NCBI GenBank assembly: GCA_965287045.1
Contig: OZ336888.1
Location: forward strand, 17,670,001 to 17,734,000
Direction of reading: 5' to 3'
Length of the DNA: 64,000 bases
Source of the DNA: Carcharhinus amblyrhynchos
Taxonomy: Eukaryota
Position 1 is the stretch's first letter. Every line of letters begins with the position of its first letter. A model generated the notes under the pieces. It was not told the origin of the DNA, made no database searches, and saw nothing but the letters and a program-made list of their open reading frames with translations. Both the position numbers and the translations under genes were made by a program. Positions 24,105-37,495 of the stretch are shown here, piece by piece.

Positions 24105-26287
24105 CATTCATATGTTTATACATCCTGTTTATTTAATGTGCTTTTGCAGGATATAAATAATGACAAAATTACAAAATCTCGTAACTGGAAGCCCAAGCAT
24201 ATGTACAATTATTAGTTGCAGCGAGGCCACTATTTTATCCCCATACATTTTCATTTTGGTACCATGTTTACAGTGGGTTTTTTTTTTGTTTAAACTGTCA
24301 AATTACTACATACATGTATCAACAGTGAATAGGCAAAAATATGTACAAGAAAACCGCATTGTTTAAGTACTATAATACCGTATTAAAAGATTAACACTGA
24401 ATTGAACTAAAATTCAGTCCAACCATACAATATACATTTGATTATCAATTACAATCCAAGCTCTAATAGTCACCCGTTAACTTATATTTGGGTGACCTTT
24501 ATCAGTAAGCCCAGCTTAGTTTCTATATCATATAAAAATAATGTAACATTGAAACAACTTAAGACCATTATTACACAAGTTCAATAAGGATTCTAAAATA
24601 AACATTAAATTGGTTCACAATATGTTTTTTTCCAAACAGATGATGCCATTAGTTACCATCATTTTGTTTTTACAATGCTGCCTGTTCACACCAAAGTTAA
24701 ATTCGAGCTCAAAGTGGTTCCAATAGGCAATGCAGCATCTCCGTCTTATACGCTGCCGCATCTTCGATATATATATTTTTTTTTGCAAACAATGAGAAAC
24801 ATTACGATTCTCATATTCAATAAACTTTGACCGCTCCAGGTAGTAAATCAGTTGATTGTGGTTTCACAGGTTTAAGTTCAAAAAACGTCGTGTGCTGCAT
24901 TGTTTTGAAAGAAATCAGTCACAGATCTTAGTCTTTGCCTCAAGCGGAAGATGCATCACACTGCCGAGCAAGTCACTACTCGTGACATTTTGTGTTTTGT
25001 ACTATAGAACAAAAATATATTCATTGTGCCATGTTTCATTTAAATCCGACAATCACACGTGCAGACAATATATTTTCGGAAATAGCTATTTCTTTTCCTC
25101 ATCGGAAAAGCAACCTCTTTTGCATCCATTACTGTTACTTGGACTGCGAGCTCTCCAGTGCATTGCATGAATATGCAATATGCCTCCATCTATAATGCAA
25201 TGCTGTTGGATTGCAGACATTAACACTTTCTCTATTGCACAAGGGGACCTCACTGCGATGGGCAATATTGGAATGATGGATTTTTTTTTCCCTAGAGAAA
25301 ATCATTTCTAAAAATTAGGAACTTACTTCTTTTTGAGCCACTGGACAAGCTGTTTTAAAATTAGATGATTAATCTGAACACTGTTTAGAAATATGACTGA
25401 AACTGTAAAACTCCTTATTTTTTTTCTCTTATTTCCAAACATTCTTCATTCTTTCACATTTTAGGAGCAAGATGTCGTAAAAATCACTTACTGCTTACGT
25501 GAAAAATAATAAATAAAAATATTCTCATACTAAGATTTGTAGTACCGCGTTACCGAAAAAAAAATATAAAATCACTTTCAGTGCAGATCAGTGTTCCAAA
25601 CAAGGGCAAGGGGGACCTTTGAAGGTCTGATTAATATTGTGAAATTTCCAGTAAAACAACAGCGAAATTCACAACAGTTGCCTAAAGCAGTTAGCGAACC
25701 ACTAAAACAGTGCAGTCATTTCAAAACGAAAACAGTTATTGAAACGTGTCAGCTTAAGCCGTTTTTGACAATATCCCAAGACTGCAATGCATAAACCGTA
25801 GCTCTTTTGTTAAAAAGTGTTAGTCCAGAAAGGATTCGGAAAAAAAGCTCAGACTTGTTATCAGCTTTTAGCAGCATTCAATTTATCAGATGGGCAGAGA
25901 AGAGACCTTCAGAGTTAAAAGTCCACTGATTTCTTCTAAATCCGCGATGACCCGAAGAAGTTTGAAGAGAAAAGTTAGAACAAGACCCAAGAGCAAAATC
26001 TTGAAACTGCATCAGCTGCAGGCCTCCTGGTGGACTTTTTTTTAAAAAAATAAGTCTAAAGACAGTTGTCGTGTGTCAGTATCATTCCTGATGCTACAGT
26101 GAGAGGAATGACAAGGAAAAAGAGCAGCTTCATGCAGTGATGACAGTAACTGTGTAAAGGTCACTCAGCGAGTGCAGTTTTCCTCTCCACTGGGTCAGAG
26201 GTCGCCAGAGGAGACAAAATGTGCTGCCTGAAATGATTGTTCAAAAGGGTGCGAAGGCACAGACAAGAGGAGAATGAGACATAGCGT
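24105..26287 (-). other. ANKS1B: ANKS1B 3'UTR (~2.2 kb, end approximate)
   Basis: AT-rich, free of recognisable interspersed repeats, runs from the stop codon to an AATAAA followed by U-rich sequence. Confidence 0.65.
24128..24133 (-). terminator. Putative polyadenylation signal AATAAA
   Basis: tttatt on + strand at the distal end of the repeat-free block; U-rich downstream element on the minus strand. Confidence 0.6.
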
Positions 26288-26401
26288 TTAGAATATTGTG
26301 GTCTCATACTTAGTGCTCATCGCCCTTTTTGATTCTTGCACAGGCTCCACAATCCAAGGTACATTAGGATGAGTCTTTTGTTCCAGAAGAGGTTGGTCGA
26401 T
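26288..26401 (-). CDS. ANKS1B: ANKS1B terminal coding exon (IDQPLLEQKTHPNVPWIVEPVQESKRAMSTKYETTIF*), class I PDZ-binding C-terminus
   Basis: Manual translation; long pyrimidine tract plus ctgcag acceptor; TAA at 26288-26290; matches recalled AIDA-1 ending PWIVEP...TKYETTIF. Confidence 0.94.
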   Translation of the reverse strand: MDQPLLEQKTHPNVPWIVEPVQESKRAMSTKYETTIF

Positions 26402-29400
26402 CTGCAGGCAATGAAAGAAAGAGAAAAAAAGACAACCGCATTAGCAAATGGGGGTTTGATTGATTGGTGAAAAAATGACTAATAAAAATTAATAAACACA
26501 CTCGAGTTTCGCCTCCACTAATCATCATGTGCAAATTCTCTTTGACATGAAGTTAGGCAACATTACATTTGTATTCTACTGAAAGAACCAGTAGTCACAT
26601 TTCAATAACAGCAAAGTACAGCAGCCCCATCAGATGACTTGCTCAGCCATACGAATATTAAACCTGGCTTCCGTACGTACTGAACATAGCGGATGCCAGG
26701 ATTTGAAGGAGGGGAACATTCCAACAAGTGCAATCTGCACGTACGCACGCACACATACACACACACATTTACATCAAATTTCAGTCATCTGAAATAAGCT
26801 AATTGGCTTTGTGTCCACCATAAACGATTCAAATAAAGGTTAAATCTAAGGTATAATCACGCCCTAGTGGGATAATATCTAATATACTTTGTTCCGTGAT
26901 GTTCTTTTAAAGTAATTGAATTAAAAATAGATTTTTACTACACTGAGAATAACTATGATTTTTGTTTTACAGTACAATACAATTTGAGGGGTGCAGCTGT
27001 TGATCTAAATAATTACTGAAGTGCTTTGATTGCTGAAATGGCAATATCATGACTTTACGCAAATTATGTTTAATGACTATTTTAATGTCTTACATAACTG
27101 TTGGGTCTCTTTCAATTTATGGCTGAAGCTTTGCGAGCTAGGTAAATAGATTTACTGCATTGTAAAGGTTTGAAATGACAGTTCAAATGAATGTATTGAA
27201 AGTTTAGTGCTAAAAACTGAGTAACGATAATAATCTCAATAGTTTTTAGGTAATGTGGACTTTTACACCATTGGGAACTAGCCCTAATAAAGCAGATGAC
27301 TTTTCACTTTTTTTTAGTCGATTCTCCAAATGATCATAGAACAAACAGTAACCCTGGAAGATACCTTTGACAGATGTAAAATAAATAGTAAAATCGATTG
27401 GTGGCAGAGCAGCAGAGTGTACAGCAGGTAAACCAACACAATGTGCAACTTCCCATATGGAGATTCCGTGATCTCAGGACAGGTACCGAGTGGGAGTTCA
27501 GCTGTTTCTGCACCAGATGAGTGGGGGAGCGGGTGGGGCAACAGGGAAGAAACAGAGATAGTTTCACCCCCCCAGGTCACTTTCGCACGCCACCTAATGC
27601 CCCATTACAGAGAGGCATCAGATTGCCCTGGCTTTAGGGTCACCTGCCCATCCACTCTGGCAGGTGATGGGGAAAATAGGTTGCAAAAAGGGGGCCAAAA
27701 GAAATAGAGAGAGAGAGAGAGAGACCTGGTCATATTCCAACCCACCACCATCACCACACCCCAACACCCCCGTCCCGTCCCACCCTGCCCCACTGCTGCA
27801 CGATGCTTGGAAGTTTAGAAACGTGATTTTTTTTGTGCTCATTTTAAATTACACTATTTAGACGATTACAGCATAGGCCAGCTGCAAAAGACACGTACCT
27901 AGTGTTTTACAGAAACTGGTCTTTGATGAAATCATGTAAAAAAAGACCATTCGGTGTTGGTATCCGGCTTATTACCATTCTGCATCTCCTAGAGACGGTG
28001 CGATTAAAACTGTTAAAGGGGAAATCTCACCACAGCACAATTCATTGTTATTGTGCGTAAACAATACATCATTAAAAATACTAATAAACTATAGTGCAAC
28101 TTGTACGTTCAGGCATTTTATCCATAACCCAAGTAAAACAAATATATTGAAGCACCTTCCACGAAGTCTGTGAGATACCAAAGTTACAGTAAATATAGCA
28201 ACCAACAAAACTCGGAGGAGTCGGTGAGCTGCTTCACTGTATTTCTTTCAACTATTTACTTAGCATTTATTACTACAAAACCCATCATCTGACTCACAAT
28301 TTGGTGGAGGTTTTTGTTTAAAGATCTGAAAACCTGGAAGGTGCGACTTAAGAGATTTTACTGCTAAGTGGGTTAAAATAAAACTTTTACATTGGTGTGA
28401 CCAGACACACAGGATTCTAAAATAATACGCATCAATATGAATGAGAAATCAAATGTATATTTTATGCACTAAATATTCTGTTCATAAACCAAGCCTATTT
28501 ACAACAAAAGCTGCCCAGTTATTGGAAACATACGCTGAAGCCACTTTTTTATAATAACCAGCAAAACAACAAGTGGCAGATTTAACAAGGTTAATACTGA
28601 CGGCACATTTGCTATGCTCACTGCATGGAGTTGCTTATTGTTATATATGAAAACATTTCCTTTTTTAAGCTTGGGTGGCAATAACTCAGGACTATTTGAA
28701 AAATGCCCAATTAAGCTATTAATTTGCATTGCACTGTTAGTAAGCATCCTATAAGCCCCCCCACGCCACAAGAAGAATATCCAATCCTAATGCATTCAAT
28801 TTTTAAAAGCATAGGTGGGGGAAAAAAAAACAAGATTAAAATGCTGTCAGAAAGGGAGCACATCCATAAGGACTACATTTCAGAATAATTTTAAATTTGG
28901 AAACTAAACTCCACCACTTAGCTTTAAACAATACAGCAGCTCAAAATTCCACAAGAATCCAGGTTGGAATTGGGTGTCCGTGGTCTATACAGAAACTCTT
29001 TGTCCAACTATAATTTCTGGTGTGTCAAACATTTTTTCCTCAAAGTAGGCAGTGTCTCATTACCGATGATTAATTTTAATGCCATCGGCTTCAGACCACC
29101 AGTTCGCTCTTTTTGGATTCTATACAATGTGAGAATGCTGGGTGTTCTGAAGGTAGCCCAGATGCTACGGAGGTAATATTGCAAAAACAAGCAGTAGTTT
29201 TACATGCTTCCACACTGCACTCTGTTCAGCAAATTAGCTTTCCTTTATGTGCACATATATATAGAAAGGTCAGTTTGAAGTGTTAACAGCGAATTCAAGG
29301 TTTATGGTTGTTAAAATTGAACAATGAACACAGACATTGTCTAGGCTAAAATTCAACTTGCATCTAAAATTGTCTCAGCTGCCCCCTTTGCTTTCCATTC

Positions 29401-29761
29401 TTTGTAAAGAACTTTGAAGAAGAATATTGAAGTTGTCATTCATTATTCGAGAAGAAGGAATAATGCTTTGTTCATGAATAATTAAATATCCATCAAAGAT
29501 CTATGAAGTATGGTAGCTTTGAATTTGGGTTCATTTCTCATTAGCATTTATAACAATACGTGAATTTGAACTAAGCTTGCTTGGAGCTGCAGCAGAAATA
29601 CGTCTGTTAAATTGTGCCTGAATTCCAAAAGGAAGAATGGGTATCCGTAGCTGTACTAGTCTTAAGTATATTAATACATGTAATTATCTTACTCTGATTA
29701 TTTAAACAATAAAATGCTTGATTTATTTGTTTCTGACATGTCTAGTTTCTGTTAACCAAAA

Positions 29762-30043
29762 GTTTAAGTTTATTTATTAATGTCATAAGCAGGCTTATAT
29801 TAACACTGCAATGAAGTTACTGTGAAAATCCCCTAGCGCCTGTTCAGGTACACTGAGGGAGAATTTAGCATGGCCAATGCATCTAACCAGCACATCCTTT
29901 GGACTGTGGGAGAAAACTGGAGTACGCAGAGGAAATCCATGGAGACACAGACTCTGCACAGACAGTGACCCAAGGCAGGAATCAAACCCAAGTCCCTGGT
30001 GTTGTGAGCCAGCAGTGCTAACCACTGTGTCAACGTGTTGCCC
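29762..30043 (-). mobile_element. V-SINE, alternative-tail subfamily
   Basis: Reverse complement of the 9639-9940 type. Confidence 0.82.
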
Positions 30044-30935
30044 CAAGTACAGAGTGCTCACCCAAAAGTCAACTGTGACTTTGAGATTAAATTTAAACTG
30101 ACAGTTTGTTAACTGAAATGAAAATCCAAGCAGTTGGGTACAGTTGGTCATTTGTTAATTGGCCTATCCTTCCTGCCAGATCTGAGTCCAATAAAACCCA
30201 AGAGTTCTTGGCTGTTCTAGTACAATTCATGTGAAACCAATCACAAAACCTTTCTTCAAAGGTGCTGTGTTGAGACATCATGCAACCTGAATTTTAGCCT
30301 TTCACAGTTAATGACACATGATGCTAGCAGAGGAAAAACTCAAGAGGGACAGACAAGGCAATGCAGACAAAGAAAAAAAAAATAAAACCTTAAACTTGTG
30401 CGGCAGAGAATGATGAAACTTGGAAAGAAGAGGAGGAGGAGGAGGAGGATGGGGAGGCCTGTGAGGGGTGTAAATATGATCTAAGGACCATCTGTTATTT
30501 GGCTGTCTCACCTGAAAAAAAGTGTAAACAACAACATAACGGTACAAATGCGTCAGAAAAGAATGCAGAGGCATTTCTAAGCAAAGGAGACACTTTCAAG
30601 GCTGTCATTTGAAAATAAGAAAAATAACATCCTTCCCTGAGGTTCTTCATCATCATCATCTCTCCATCCAGTGCCAAACACTGTTCTCTGTTCATTGGGA
30701 CACAGGTGACTAGCTTAGCCCCAAGGCCCAGTGTCAGTCTGTAATTAGCTGGAAAGGGGGATGGTGTGAGGCAGCAGCCAATGATGATTTTTCACCCCCT
30801 CATGCCACTGTAGGGTTTTCTTTCTCTTCCATAGTTCCCTGAAGCCGACTGCAATTGGAAACCTGTCACTAGCGGAAGCAATGGGGCAGGTGCCCCACCA
30901 TATTGTATTTAAAACGCGGACGTACTAAGCCCTTC

Positions 30936-31072
30936 ATTGGCCATGCTAATTTATCCATTAGTGTCAGGGATTAGCAGGGTCAATATAAGGGGTTACAGGG
31001 CTAGGGCCTGGCATTGTCAGTGCAGTCTTGATGGGCCAAATGGCCTCCTTCTGCACGGTGGGGATTCTATGC
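30936..31072 (+). mobile_element. HE1-like V-SINE, 3' half
   Basis: attggccatgctaa...ggcctccttctgcac...gattctatg. Confidence 0.75.
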
Positions 31073-31197
31073 TTCATATAACTTGGTTTGGATTCAAAGC
31101 TTTTAACCATAGTTAATCCCACTTATGTTGCCCCCAGAAGATTTTTGTACTAAAGTGGCATTTTCACATTTTGATTTAGCTAATATGGTACAAATTT

Positions 31198-31483
31198 AAA
31201 GTTTTAAAGTTAAAGTTTATTTCTTAGCGTCACAAATAGGCTTATATTAATGCTGCAATGAGGTTACTGTGAAAATCCCCTAGTTGCCACACTCCTGCGC
31301 CTGTTTGGGTACATGGAGGGAGAATTTAGCACGGCCAATCCACCTAACCAGCAGTCTGCGCCGGGGGGAAACCCACGCAGACACGGAAGGGAAAGTGCAA
31401 ACTCCGCACAGATAGTGACCCAAGCTGGTAATCAAACCCGGGTCCCTGGCTCAGTGAGGCAGCAGTGCTAACCACTGTGCCTC
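31198..31483 (-). mobile_element. V-SINE, alternative-tail subfamily
   Basis: Reverse complement of the 9639-9940 type. Confidence 0.82.
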
Positions 31484-32977
31484 CATCTACAGAAAACAAT
31501 TCTTACTGAAGAAAATTAATGCGGGTGAGTATTTACTACTTTAAATGTGCTAATTTCCACAAAAAGCTGAACATGAATTTATACTTTCTCCAAGAAAAAG
31601 AAAATTAAAACTGAATTTGCCTGCTGCATACAGCAGCTTTATTTTAATTGGCCCTGGATTTCCTTTAGATTGGCTTTCCCCTACAAACAGGCACTGTTCA
31701 GTAAAAAAAAATCTTAGCTTACTGCACAAATGCTGGTGTCCTTTCAACTGGGGTTTGTTAAGGTATGTCATCCCTGTGTCACCTTAAATTACCCATCACC
31801 ACTGTCAAGTTCTCCATCAGCACCACAAGGTAGCCGATCAGGTAGCCATAAAGTACTTCAAAGCCAAATTGCAAATGATATTGACTTGCAACAGGACAGC
31901 TTGATTGCCTATCCCTGCTTTTAAGGGGTAAATATTCTACCAAAAGCTCCCCATCCTTATTCACCATGACTTTATCAGGAACAGCACAGATTAAACCACT
32001 GTCTCATGTTCAGTTATGGAGCAGGCTTCAAAGTGCTGAATACATTTAGTAATACTTCTATCCTAATACCACTGCAGAAATATCTTCCCACCTGATAATT
32101 AGTTATCATATTCTATGCCATATTCCGTGCCCATTTTTGATCTCACCCACCCCCCTCTCCCATGCTTTTGTCTCCAGATGCTTAGGGAATAAGCATACCA
32201 GAAATATATGACAAGAAATGACATGCAATGTGCACAACAGCACATTATCTTGTAATAGAGCAATAACTTTGCAGTGTGATACCCTGGATTACAACACTGA
32301 TGCCATGCTATCACCAGTGATACAGACATTATGTTCAGTGTCTCCATTCATATTTTCAAACTCATAATTTAGGTTCACATCTGTTCAGAGTTTCTATTAC
32401 CTATCCGAAATACATATGCTGGCAGGATAATGGCACCCAGCTCTCCTATTAATCTATCTTCTCTTTCTCAGACTGTCAAATAGAGTCAGGGAAACAATTT
32501 TGTGACATCCCTTCTGCAATACTGATAATAGGTACTCTGGCAAATACCCAGAAGGGGAGGATGGGCAGCTCAACACTTACCCTGCCTTCCCCACTCACTG
32601 GAATAATGTGAGCAATAGGAAGAGAGCAGGATTAACATTAAAACAGAAAAAAGTAAATCTTATTACAATTAATTATCTCACGCCTTTCCCCAGCAACCCA
32701 ATTCTGCAACTCAACATGCATTACTCTATGGCATGTGCCAAACTGAAAATTCCTGCTGAGTTAAAAGGAATGTCAGATTCAATGTTTTAAAAAGGATAAC
32801 AGACATAACAGTTTTAATGCTCACCAGGGAAATTCAGTTTGGCACCTAAATCAGTTTCCACGTGCGGGAAACCAATGTGGCTGTCTCTGTATGGAAAGCT
32901 TAAAGGGCAAATGTATCCCTTCATCCAGACTAGGACAAAGTTCAAAAATCAATGCACAAGATACAACCGCATGGAAA

Positions 32978-35060
32978 CCTTCATCAATACCAACCTTCCT
33001 TCACCGATACCAACCTTCCTTCACCGATACAAATCTTCCTTCACCGATACCAACCTTCCTTCACCGATACCAACCTTCCTTCACCGATACAAATCTGCCT
33101 TCACCGATACCAACCTTCCTTCACCGATACCAACCTTCCTTCACCGATACCAACCTTCCTTCACCGATACAAACCTTCCTTCACCGATACAAATCTTCCT
33201 TCACCGATACAAATCTTCCTTCACCGATACAAATCTTCCTTCACCGATACAAATCTTCCTTCACCGATACCAACCTTCCTTCACCGATACCAACCTTCCT
33301 TCACCGATACTAACCTTCCTTCACCGATACTAACCTTCCTTCACCGATACAAATCTTCCTTCACCGATACCAACCTTCCTTCACCGATATCAATCTTCCT
33401 TCACCGATACTAACCTTCCTTCACCAATACCAACCTTCCTTCACCAATACTAACCTTCCGTCACCAATACCAATCTTCCATCACCAAAACCAACCTTCTG
33501 TCACTGTCACCAATACCAACCATCCTTCATCAATATTAACCGTCCTTTGCCAATACTAACCTTCCTCCACCAAAACTAACCTTCTGACACCAGTACCAAT
33601 CTTTCTTCACCAATACCAACCGTCCTTCATCAATATTAACCATCCTTCACCAATACTAATCTTCTTTCCCCACACTAACCTTCCTTCACCAATACCAACC
33701 CTTCACCAACACTAACCTTCCTTTTCCAATACCAACCTTCCATCACCAATACCAGCCTTCCTTCCCCAATACAAACTTTCCTTCAGCAATACTAACCTTC
33801 CTTCACCAATTCCAATTTTCCTTTACCAATACTAACCTTCTTTCACTTAAACTAACTTCCCTTCACCCATTCTAACCTTCCTTTACCAATACAAATCTTC
33901 CTTCACTAATACTAACCTTCTTCACTAATACTAACCTTCCTTCACTAATACTAACCTTCTTCACCAATACTAACCTTCCTTCACTAATACTAACCTTCCT
34001 TCACTAAAACTAACCTTCTTCACCAATACTAACCTTCCTTCACTAATACTAACCTTTCTTCACCAATACTGCTGCCTCACAGCACCAGGGTTCCGAGTTC
34101 AATATTAGCAATGGGTGACTGTGCAGATTCTACACATTCTCCCTGTGTCTGCATGGAGTTTCCTCCAGGTGCTCCGGTTTCCTCCCACATTTCAAAGATG
34201 GGCAGATTAGGTGGACTGGCATGCTAATTTGCCCCTTAGTGTCAGGGGATGAGCAGGGTAAATACATGGGCATATGGGGATAGGGTCTGGGTGGGATTGC
34301 TGTCAGTGCAGGCTGGATGGACTGAATGGTCTCCTGTAAGGAATTCTAAGAACACTAATTTTCCTTCACCAATACAAACATTCTTCTGATATCAAGCTCC
34401 CTTCGCCGATGCCAACCTCCCTTCGCTGATGCCAACCTCCCTTCGCCGATGCCAACCTCCCTTCGCCTATACTAACTTCCTTCACCAATACTAACATTCT
34501 GTCTCTAATACTAACCATCCTTCACCAATACCAACCTTCCGTTACCAATACGAACCTTCCGTTACCAATACTAACCTTCCTTCACCAATACTAACCTTCT
34601 GTCACTAATACTAACCTCCTTCACCAACATTAACATTCTGTCTCTAATACTAAGCTTCCTTCACCAATACCAACCTTCCGTTACCAATACTAACCTTTCT
34701 TCACTAATACTCGCCTTCTGTCACTAATACTAACCTTCCTTCACCACTACTCTTTCTTCATCAATACTAACCTTTCCTCACCAATAGTAATCATCCTTCA
34801 TGAATACTAATCTTCCTTCATGAATACTAACCTTCCTTCATGAATATTAACCTCCCTTCACCAATACTAATCTTCCTTCACTGATACTAGTCTTCCATCA
34901 TTAATATTAAGTCTCATTCACCAATGCTAATCTCCCTTCACTAATATTAGTCTACCTTCACTAATACTAATTTAAAATTGCTAATATTTCTTCAGCGATG
35001 CTAACCATCCTTCATCAATATTAACCTTCCTTCACCAATTATCATTAATACTAATCTTTG
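32978..35060. repeat. 20-bp minisatellite (ACCTTCCTTCACCRATACYA)n, ~2 kb, interrupted by a SINE
   Basis: Near-perfect 20-nt period over 32985-33420, progressively degenerate to the right. Confidence 0.95.
34068..34350 (+). mobile_element. HE1-like V-SINE inserted in the minisatellite
   Basis: Begins actgctgcctcacagcaccagg; minisatellite resumes after the tail. Confidence 0.85.
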
Positions 35061-37495
35061 ACCACTGTACAAAACTCTGCAGAATAGTTAATGGTTACAA
35101 GTAGAAGATATAATTTTGTGTGTTTGTGGCTGACGCTGGTGGGGTTATTCAATTTAGGGTCAGAACATTTAGAAAGTTGTTAGCCGCCCTTTAGCATCAG
35201 TTATGTGCAGGCGAGCGCCTTACTGAGGTACTTTATCAGTGCTATTAAAATACATTGCTATTTTCAATGGGATAATGCCAAGTTGTCATACTGAGAATTT
35301 ATAGGAAAGCAGCAACTCTGTGGCTGCAGCATGTGGGTGCTATTAATAGCAACAGAGCTGTGAATGAGGCCAGGACAGTCAATTCGCAAGCAAAATTCAA
35401 GACTGATTCTCTCATTAATCATCCACTTTCCCAAATACGATGACTGAGCAAGTGATTTGTAAAGGGTCCATGAACCCAGGACTCTTAAAATAAATTATTG
35501 TTCATACAAGAAGTGACAGAGCAAAGAGAGTGGGACAGCAACAAAAGTAGATGGAGCAGACAAGACAGGTGTTAACATCAGAATATAATTGCTGGATAGA
35601 GAGGTATTGTCATTAATTGTTCTTATGTGAGTAATATCAGTGCTGGTTTTAATGCTGCACATGGTGGCAGACTTCAAGCTCTACAATAATTCAGTATCTA
35701 CTCAGTTAATGTTAAATGCTTTCATTCCTCAAATTCAGAGTCACATCTGGAGCAGGCCTCTGTTATGATATGCAGATTTTCCTCAAATGTGAATCTTCAA
35801 GAGTCCTTTTTTTAAGATCTAAAATGTATATCTGGCTAGAATATTGAACTGTAGGTTTTATTTTTTGCTGCCACAAATCTGTGCATCCACAACAAGATAC
35901 TTTAATCCAAATACTTGTTGTGATTTGAGATAGCCAGCTTCCTTTGCACAATCGGTGATATTGGTTCACCCAAGATGGTGCAAGGCATTCACCAGTCCTT
36001 CCACTGGATTGTGGGCTAGTTAAGACAGCCTTGTCAACACTCTGTGTGTGGAACAGCTGAGTGAATCAATAGCTGGAGACAGGTGGTGAGGTTTTGATTA
36101 ACATGGGCAATAAGAGAGGGGTCAGATTGGAGCTAATAGGCCAGACTGTTGCGATCCATCAGAGTCTGAGAGGCCACATTGAGCTTAATCACACTTTGCT
36201 TCTCTGGCCCTGCCACAGTGCATAAAGTAGCATGACAGCTGAGACTTGGGTAAGTGGAGTGAGGAAGGTTGCGGAAATCATTAATTTACTATTTTTCTTT
36301 AACCAGGATCTGGAGAGGAGGAACGTTCAGATTCCTTCTCGTTTAAAAATAGAAGAGGACAAAAAGTAACAAACAAAAATGGAAATTAATTCATGCCCGC
36401 ACAACCTCTGCTTGAGGCAAGTGGAGGTATCTCTGGATTTTATGATTAGGAGTCACAGAACTTGCTTAAGGTAAAACATTGCACATTTTAAGGATTCCCC
36501 TCCCCCACCCCCCGAAGAATTCCTGCAGATTTTCAGATGAAACCAGAGAGACATTTCCATCAAATTTCTGCAGATTTGTGATAGCCGCCTCATCGTTAGT
36601 CAGGAGAAGTTTTCTAGCCAGTTATTAAATGTGTGATTAATTTTTAATGGTCATTTCATGAGCTGTCTTCTGTTAGCTGAAATCACCCAATGTGTCAAAT
36701 ATGTTGAGAACCAGAAGACAGATTGCATTCAAGTAGAAATATGTTTGAGCTGGTGTATTTTTTCATGCTGCACAGATTTAAGAACACTCTATTCTATGTC
36801 CATTTGCACGATTATCCCTGTTTGGTCAGGTTTCAGTTCTATCCTGGGTTAAGAGGTTGAGCCAGTAACCTGCTGCCAGGCTGCCTGAACTCTCAACTTT
36901 ATAACTGGGCACCAGGACATGAGGAGAATGTCTCCACTTAATCACCCTCCCAAAAATGGCATTGGATACCTAGCAACAAAGTGATAAAGTGGGCTCAATC
37001 GATTTATGCATTGAAATTAGTAATTAACGGATGTTTCAAACATGCTGAGATCTTCCCTACTCTTCCGTTGGTGAACAGGAGAGGTTAGAAATCTCAAATG
37101 ATTAATGATTAACATGGAGAGTCAGAAGCTGTATTTCTTGGACTCATTATAGCTCCTTTATTGGTGACAAAGACAAGCTTTGGCTTGCCAGAGGTCCCTA
37201 TGGAGAAATTTCAGTCTCAATTTACCATTTGTAACAGCTCACTGGCAACACATATTGCACGTCAGATAGCAATTCATTTGCATAATTACTATTGAAAGGT
37301 CATTGTTAACTTATTTCCTTCTGACTGCTTATTGCGTGTTAAACAGTCCCGCATCCAATTTATATCAGCAGACGCCTGGTCTTTAATATACCAGACCTCT
37401 GAGTAGCAATGCTTAGGAGATGCAATGAATTGCTGACTGCTAATCACAAGGGTCCATTTTGTTGCTATGCATCTAGCTGCTTATTAGACTCTTAC

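Noticed and set aside
29064-29164. Candidate 101-nt exon in the last intron
   Set aside because: In-frame stop, non-multiple of 3 and only moderate splice sites; indistinguishable from chance.
32839-33413. Three overlapping long ORFs (140-164 aa)
   Set aside because: Artefact of a stop-free 20-bp minisatellite that is open in all three frames.
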